A stretch of DNA of 64,000 nt, from the NCBI GenBank assembly GCA_963761305.1, contig CAVXGK010000001.1, positions 1,184,001 to 1,248,000 of the forward strand. Direction: 5' to 3'. A program made the translations under genes and the position numbers. Each line of letters begins with the position of its first letter. Within the stretch, counting starts at the first letter, position 1. Shown piece by piece: positions 58,064-64,000 of this stretch. Origin of the DNA: an uncultured Gemmatimonadaceae bacterium (GTDB taxonomy: Bacteria > Gemmatimonadota > Gemmatimonadetes > Gemmatimonadales > Gemmatimonadaceae). The notes under the pieces were generated by a model. The model was not told where the DNA came from. It ran no database searches and saw only the letters and a program-made list of their open reading frames with translations.

Positions 58064-60484
58064 ATGACCGCCGACCTGCGCGCTCAGCTCCAAACCGCGC
58101 TCGGCGACGCGTACACCATCGAGCGGGAGCTCGGTGGCGGCGGAATGTCGCGCGTCTTTCTCGCCACCGAGACCGGGCTCACTCGCAGCGTCGTCGTCAA
58201 AATCCTCACGCCGGAATTGGCGGCCGAGGTGAGCGCCGAGCGCTTTGCGCGCGAAGTGAAGCTCGCGGCGCGGCTCCAGCAGGCGAACATCGTCCCGCTG
58301 CTGAGCGCGGGCCAGGCGAACGGGCTGCCGTGGTATTCGATGCCGTACGTCCGCGGCGAGTCGCTGCGCGCGAAGCTGTCGTCCGGCCAACCTGTACCGA
58401 TCACCGACGCGCTGCACATCCTGCGCGACGTCGCCCGCGCGCTCGCGTTCGCGCACGGCGAAGGCGTGGCGCATCGCGACATCAAACCCGAGAACATCCT
58501 GCTCTCGGGCGGTGCGGCGGTCGTCACCGACTTCGGCATCGCGAAAGCGCTGACCACATCGCGCACGCAAGAGAGCGCGGGTTCATCGACCATCACTCAG
58601 ATGGGCGCGTCGATCGGCACGCCCGCCTATATGGCGCCGGAGCAGGTGGCGGGCGATCCGAACGTCGACCATCGCGCCGACATCTACGCTTGGGGCGTCG
58701 TGGCGTGGGAGCTGCTCGGCGGCAAGCATCCGTTTGCCGGGAAAGCCGACCTCGCAGGGGATGTTCGCCGCGCATCTGGCCGAAACGCCGGCGGCGCTCA
58801 CGTCGATTCGCCCTGACGTTCCGCCGGCACTCTCCGATTTGGTCGCGCGCTGCCTCGAGAAGGATCCAGCGAAACGGCCACAATCGGCGAACGAATTGCT
58901 GACGTCGCTCGATCAGTTGAATTCGACCAGCGGTGCGCGCGCGGCGGAGCCCGCGCCAAAGCGCTTCTCGATGCGCCCGCTCGTGGTGGGCGCAGCAGCG
59001 ATCGTTGTCGTCGCCGGCGGTTGGTTCGCCGCTCATCGGTCGGCGGCCGTGGCGGGCGGCGCCAGCACCGGCAAGTCGCTCGCCGTGCTCCCCTTCGCAT
59101 CCGTCGGCGGCGACACGGCGAACGAATACTTCGCCGAAGGAATGGCGGACGAGCTCACGACCGAGCTTGCGAAAGTGTCGGGCCTGCGACTCGCAGCCAC
59201 CAGCTCGGCTGCCGCCTACCGCAACAAGACGGCCGACGCGCGCGAGGTCGGCAAGGCGCTCAACGTCGCCACTGTGTTACAAGGAACGGTGCGGCGCCAA
59301 GGCACACGCATGCGGGTGTCGGCACAACTGTCGAACGCCGCCGACGGCCTCGTCCTGTGGAGCCAAAGCTACGAGCGCGAAGTGAAGGACGTGTTCGCGG
59401 TCCAGGACGAGCTGACGCGTGACATAACCAACGCACTTCGGGTGACGCTCGCAGGCGGCGCGTCCGGGACGAGGCCGATCCAGGACACCACTGACATCGA
59501 GACGTACGACCTCTATCTCCGCGGCCTCCACTTTCTCAGGCAGCGCGGCAGCAGCGTGATGGGCTCGATCCCCTTCTTTCGTCAGGCGCTCGCGAGAGAC
59601 TCCACGTACGCGCGTGCGTGGTCGGAGGTGGGCGAGGCGTACTGCGTTCTTCCGCTTTATTCGCCGGTGCCGGCCGACTCGTTGATTCCCCTCGGGCGCG
59701 CGGCGATAGCCAAGGCGCATGCCCTCGATCCGACCGACGCCAACGCGTTCGCCGCCGAGGGGTTTTGCGACATTCTTGCGTCCCAGTTCCGCGAGGCGCG
59801 ATGAAGCCATCGTCGCGCGCGCTGGCGCTCGACTCGAGCAACGTCATCGCCAATCGAGTAGGCCTGGTCGCTACTCGCGGCGTCTGGTCGCGTCGACGAC
59901 GCAGTGGCCGCCGAGCTGCGCGCGATGCGTTTCGATCCGCTGAGCGCAACCACCGCGTGGGTCGCCGCGCAGGTCATGCTCATCGCCAAACGCTACGACG
60001 AGGGCCTCGTTTTCGCGCGCCGGTCCGTGGAGCTTGACTCAGCGGCCGCGTGCCCCGGGGCGATTGATTTACGCGCTCATTCTGCAAGCGTCGGGCAAGA
60101 CGGACGAGGCACGCAAGCTGCTGAGCGGCTTCTCCGCCGGTGCGTCGCCGCAGACACTTCCGTGGATGGGATATCTGCTCGCGGCGACCGGCGACCGCAC
60201 GGGCGCGGCCAATCTTCATTCGCCAACTCGAGACGCAGCGCGGACACAATTCATTCGTGAGTTTGGGAGAAGCGTGGGCATACCTCGGGGAGGGCGATAC
60301 GACACACGCGCTCGACGCGCTCGAGCGTGCTGCGCGGGCACATGAGCCCATCGCGTTTTCCTTACAGTTCAACATGCCGGCATACGACGCCTTGCGGCAC
60401 AGCTCCCGGTTCGCCGCAGTGATCAGAGGTTATGGTTTGGATCCGGCGACGTTCAATGTGGTTTCGGCCGGCAGCTCGAAATGA
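58064..60484 (+). CDS. Ser/Thr protein kinase with TM, TolB-like and TPR domains, several frameshifts
   Basis: Kinase motifs in 58064-58816; SLAVLPF...YFAEG in 58734-59804; TPR pieces and YDALRHSSRF end in later frames. Confidence 0.85.
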
Positions 60485-60586
60485 ACAACGAGACGCTCAG
60501 CACCCTTACCACGCCGCTCGCCGATGGTCGCGGCGGAACCGCGTATCGGGCTCGGCCGGAGATTCGTTCCGATCTTTAGCGGGCGG

Positions 60587-60613
60587 TGTCGATTCGGCGA
60601 CCCGTCTTCCGTC
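60587..60613 (+). promoter_or_regulatory. Putative ECF42 target promoter
   Basis: TGTCGA-17-CGTC upstream of the DGPF gene, fitting the ECF42 consensus as I recall it. Confidence 0.6.
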
Positions 60614-60660
60614 ATTCGGATGTCCCGCCACATCATCCACTCCAACCCGGACATCCGACA

Positions 60661-61038
60661 ATGCGCTACGCTCTGCTCATCCACTACCCACAGCCCCCCG
60701 CCGTCTCACTGAGCGAAGACACGATCAAGCAAGGCATGGCCGCCTTTCAGGCCTACGCCAAGGCGCTCGACGACGCGGGCGTCCTCCTCTCCGCCGAGGT
60801 CCTGCAAACCGTCTCCAACGCCACCAGCGTCTCATTGAAGAACGGCAAGCTCGAGGTGCAGGACGGCCCGTTCGCCGACACGAAGGAAGCGTTCGCCGGC
60901 ATCTTCATGCTCGACGTCCCGGACCTCGACGCGGCACTGGCATGGGCCGAGAAGTGCCCGGCTGCGCACTGGGGCACGGTCGAGATTCGCCCGTCGGCGG
61001 TTCGCTTCGTCAATGGCGCGTGGTCGCGCGCGGCCTGA
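60661..61038 (+). CDS. YciI/DGPF family protein
   Basis: QDGPFADTKE and GTVEIRP motifs. Confidence 0.92.
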   Translation: MRYALLIHYPQPPAVSLSEDTIKQGMAAFQAYAKALDDAGVLLSAEVLQTVSNATSVSLKNGKLEVQDGPFADTKEAFAGIFMLDVPDLDAALAWAEKCPAAHWGTVEIRPSAVRFVNGAWSRAA

Positions 61039-61054
61039 TCGCGGAACTCGCCCG

Positions 61055-62291
61055 ATGACGATCGACCAAGCGAGCGCGCGAGCCGAAGAAGTGGCTCGCG
61101 CCTCGTACGGCCGCCTGCTCGCGATCCTCGCGTCGAAGGACGGCGACATCGAAGCCGCCGAGGATTGTCTCGCCGACGCGTTCGCGCAGGCACTGAGCAC
61201 GTGGCCTAGACGAGGCGTGCCCGACAACCCTGAGGCGTGGATCCTCACCGTCGCGCGCAACCGGCGACACGACGTGCGTCGCTCGGCGGCGTATCAACTC
61301 ACCGATCCGATCGACGACGTCGCGCGCGGCCGTGCGCTGGCCGCGACGATGCAGGAGATCGACCCAGACGAGATCCCCGACCGTCGTCTCGCGCTTCTCT
61401 TCGTGTGCGCGCATCCGGCGATCGATCCCGCCGTGCGCACGCCGCTCATGCTGCAAACGGTGCTCGGCTTCGACGCCGACGACATCGGGCGCGCGTTTTT
61501 GGTTCCGGCGGCGACGATGGCACAGCGCCTCGTACGCGCCAAGCGCCGTATTCGCGACGCGCGCATTCCGTTCGCGATCCCGGAGCGCTCGCAGATGCCC
61601 GAGCGACTCACGCCGGTACTCGAGGCGATCTACGGCGCGTATGCCATCGACTTTTCGCTCGTCGCCGGCGCATCGCCGCGCGAATCGCTCTCCGCGGAAG
61701 CACACTTTCTCGCGACGACGCTCGCTGAGTTGCTGGCGGACGAGCCCGAAGCGCTGGGGCTCGCCGCATTGCTCTCGCTCTCACTCGCGCGGCGCGGCGC
61801 GCGGGACTCGGCTGACGAATTCGTGCCGCTCGACGAGCAGGACGCGTCGCGATGGGACGCCGATCTCATCGCACTCGGCGAGCGGCTACCTGCATCGGGC
61901 CAGCACGCTCGGAACAATCGGCCGGTTTCAACTCGAGGCGGCGATCCAATCGGTGCACTGCGCGCGCGCGAAATCCGGTGTCGTCGACGCGGGCGCGTTG
62001 CTCAAGCTCCACGCCGCGCTGGTCGCCGTCTCTCCGACGCTCGGCGCGCGCATCGCATACGCCGCGGCCGTGGGACGCGTCGACGGCCCGCTAGCCGGGC
62101 TCGCCGCGCTCGACGCGATTGTCGACGAAGCCGCGCATCGCTTTCAACCGGCGTGGGCGACGCGCGCGCACCTGCTCGCGGAAGTCGGCCGCGCGAACGA
62201 GGCGCGAGCGGCGTACGATCGAGCGATCTCGCTCACGACAGCCGCCGCCGCTCGCCGGTACCTCGAGCGGCGGCGGCTGTCACTCGCCTAA
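61055..62291 (+). CDS. ECF42-type sigma factor with DUF6596/TPR extension, frameshift near 61885
   Basis: WPRRGVPDNPEAW, CAHPAI, MAQRLVRAK, VPLDEQD, GRFQLEAAI; follows a DGPF gene. Confidence 0.88.
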
Positions 62292-62302
62292 GGGCTTGTC
62301 CT

Positions 62303-64000
62303 TCAATCGCTTCGCGCCCCTGCCGCCCGACGTTCCCGAACCTCCACCGGCACCACGATTCGGTGCCCGATGGGATCGATCCACACCTCGATCTCCATGC
62401 TCCCCGCTCGCGTCGGCACGTACGTGAAGTCCGCGGTCTCTCCGGGGCCCAGGCGCGCGAGCGCCGGTTTAGAGACTCTTAAAGCGACAGGCAGATCGGC
62501 CCCGTCTTGCGCCAGTGGCCTCCAACGCGCCGGCTGCTCCGGCGTCCCGAACCGGAAGCTCAGGATTTCGTCGGCGTGGATGCTCACGATGCGCAACCGG
62601 TTCGTATCCCCGACCGTCATGACGATCGGCGCCGGCTTGAGCCGCCCGTTCACCAGCAGCGTCGACGGCCCGAGCTTGTAGAACTCCGGCAAGCCGCCGC
62701 CGCCCGCGACGATCAGATGATCCCGCGTCGTGTCGCGCGGCGTGTCGCTCACGATGATCGCGCCGTACATCCCCGAGCTGATCTGCCGCATCTCGTGGAG
62801 ATGCGAATGATACGGGAATGTCCCGCTCCTCGGCGGCGTGAACTCGGCGGCGAACGTCCCGCCCGGTGGAATCGGCGGCATGATTTGGTCGCCCATGCCG
62901 CTCCAGTTCGCAACGCCGTCCGGATAGCTCTGGATCTCCAGACCGTGCCAATGCACGCCGCTCGGCTCATCCAGATTGTTTTTTACAAGAATCCTCACCG
63001 GCTCGCCGCGCTTGAGCTCGAGCACCGGCCCCGGAATCGTCAACGAGTCCTTGGCCGGAACCTCGGTCCCGGTCTGCAGCAAGAACCCGTACGCCGTCTG
63101 GAGACCCATCAGGGCGTTGGCATGCTTCTGTATGAGCAGGTTGATGGTGCGTCTGTTTGCCACCGGCCTCTCGGCGAAGGTCGGCGACGGCGTGACGTGT
63201 ATTCCGATCACCAGGCCGCGCATCGTGTGGCCGCCCGGCTTGTCGTGCTCGGGGATCATGTGGTCGCCCGACGACGCGAGCACCACGTTCGGCTCGGGCG
63301 AGCCGTGCAGGCTCACGATCTCGCCAATGTGCCCCGCGAAGTGGCAATGAAAGACCCAGTTGCCCGGTGTCGTCGGCAGGAACGACAACGAAATCGATCC
63401 GCCGATCGGAACGGTCCGCATGTTCTGCAGCGGCTGGAGCGCCGGGGCGACGACGGTGTCCGCGCGCGCGCCGCCGTGGCGTGACACGCGGAAGTAGAAG
63501 CCGTGCAGGTGGAGCGGGTGCTCGATGGCCGCCGCGTTCACGATCCGAAAGTGCACCGAGTCGCCCTGCGCGAACGTGAGCTGCTCGTTGTACGGCCACG
63601 CCTTGCCGTTGAACGTGAGCGCCGACTCGAACGTCTGCGTCTGGTCGACCGGATAGAACCACTCGGTGATCAGCCATACGCGCTCGTTCGCCGACGGCGG
63701 CGGTGCGTTCGCCGCGTCGACGATGAGCGCGCCGGTGAGCTGCGAGTCGAGCCAATTGCGATCGTCGAAGTTCGAGAGGCCCTTGAGAATCGCCCAATAA
63801 AAAAAGTTACCGGCCTTGTCGAGCTTGAACGTCACCTCGCGGGTCGCGCCGGCCGAGAGCTGCACCGTGTCGCGATCAGCCGGCATCGATCGGCGCAGAC
63901 CGCCGAGCACGAGCGCCGAGTCGGTGCGGTTGTGGACGGTGAGATGGACGGTGGTGCCGACGGAAGCCCGCAGCAGCGGCGCGGGCACGGTCGGCGAACC
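62303..64000 (-). CDS. Multicopper oxidase-like protein (5' end outside window)
   Basis: HPLHLHG, WVFHCHFAGH, VHWHG and YHSHLH copper motifs in cupredoxin-like domains. Confidence 0.88.
   Translation of the reverse strand, partial: GSPTVPAPLLRASVGTTVHLTVHNRTDSALVLGGLRRSMPADRDTVQLSAGATREVTFKLDKAGNFFYWAILKGLSNFDDRNWLDSQLTGALIVDAANAPPPSANERVWLITEWFYPVDQTQTFESALTFNGKAWPYNEQLTFAQGDSVHFRIVNAAAIEHPLHLHGFYFRVSRHGGARADTVVAPALQPLQNMRTVPIGGSISLSFLPTTPGNWVFHCHFAGHIGEIVSLHGSPEPNVVLASSGDHMIPEHDKPGGHTMRGLVIGIHVTPSPTFAERPVANRRTINLLIQKHANALMGLQTAYGFLLQTGTEVPAKDSLTIPGPVLELKRGEPVRILVKNNLDEPSGVHWHGLEIQSYPDGVANWSGMGDQIMPPIPPGGTFAAEFTPPRSGTFPYHSHLHEMRQISSGMYGAIIVSDTPRDTTRDHLIVAGGGGLPEFYKLGPSTLLVNGRLKPAPIVMTVGDTNRLRIVSIHADEILSFRFGTPEQPARWRPLAQDGADLPVALRVSKPALARLGPGETADFTYVPTRAGSMEIEVWIDPIGHRIVVPVEVRERRAAGARSD

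Noticed and set aside
60587..62291. DGPF-ECF42 pair as a novel system
   Set aside because: Already described architecture with a matching promoter; listed as features only.

Overview
High-GC bacterial chromosomal segment. Gene content (several Hanks kinase-TolB-TPR proteins, DUF4097 arrays, ADOP permease, stand-alone plug domain) suggests Gemmatimonadota; this is inference. In order: an Sdh1-like succinate dehydrogenase operon; small membrane and housekeeping genes; a cold-shock gene; an ECF sigma/anti-sigma pair followed by four DUF4097 genes; a DNA-damage block (SPL-like radical SAM, an RHH-VapC toxin-antitoxin pair, imuA-imuB-DUF3224-dnaE2); two TupA-like ATP-grasp genes with a GT2; transport and redox genes; a ~1.7 kb apparently non-coding region; then secreted hydrolases, three Ser/Thr kinases, a YciI-ECF42 pair and a partial multicopper oxidase. 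At least seven genes carry frameshifts, most simply explained by long-read indel errors. The strongest unexplained signals are non-coding: (1) a shared TTCGG-N6-TTCGG direct repeat lying between the -35 and -10 of both DNA-damage promoters, a candidate LexA box; (2) the 38.2-39.8 kb locus with degenerate 21-bp periodic blocks, a four-tract G-quadruplex motif and a 444-bp highly structured element bounded by 37-bp inverted repeats; (3) a dispersed GTCCACCG octamer tandem-repeat family found between and inside genes. No rRNA, tRNA, CRISPR array or transposase was seen. Family assignments are from motif recognition, not database searches.
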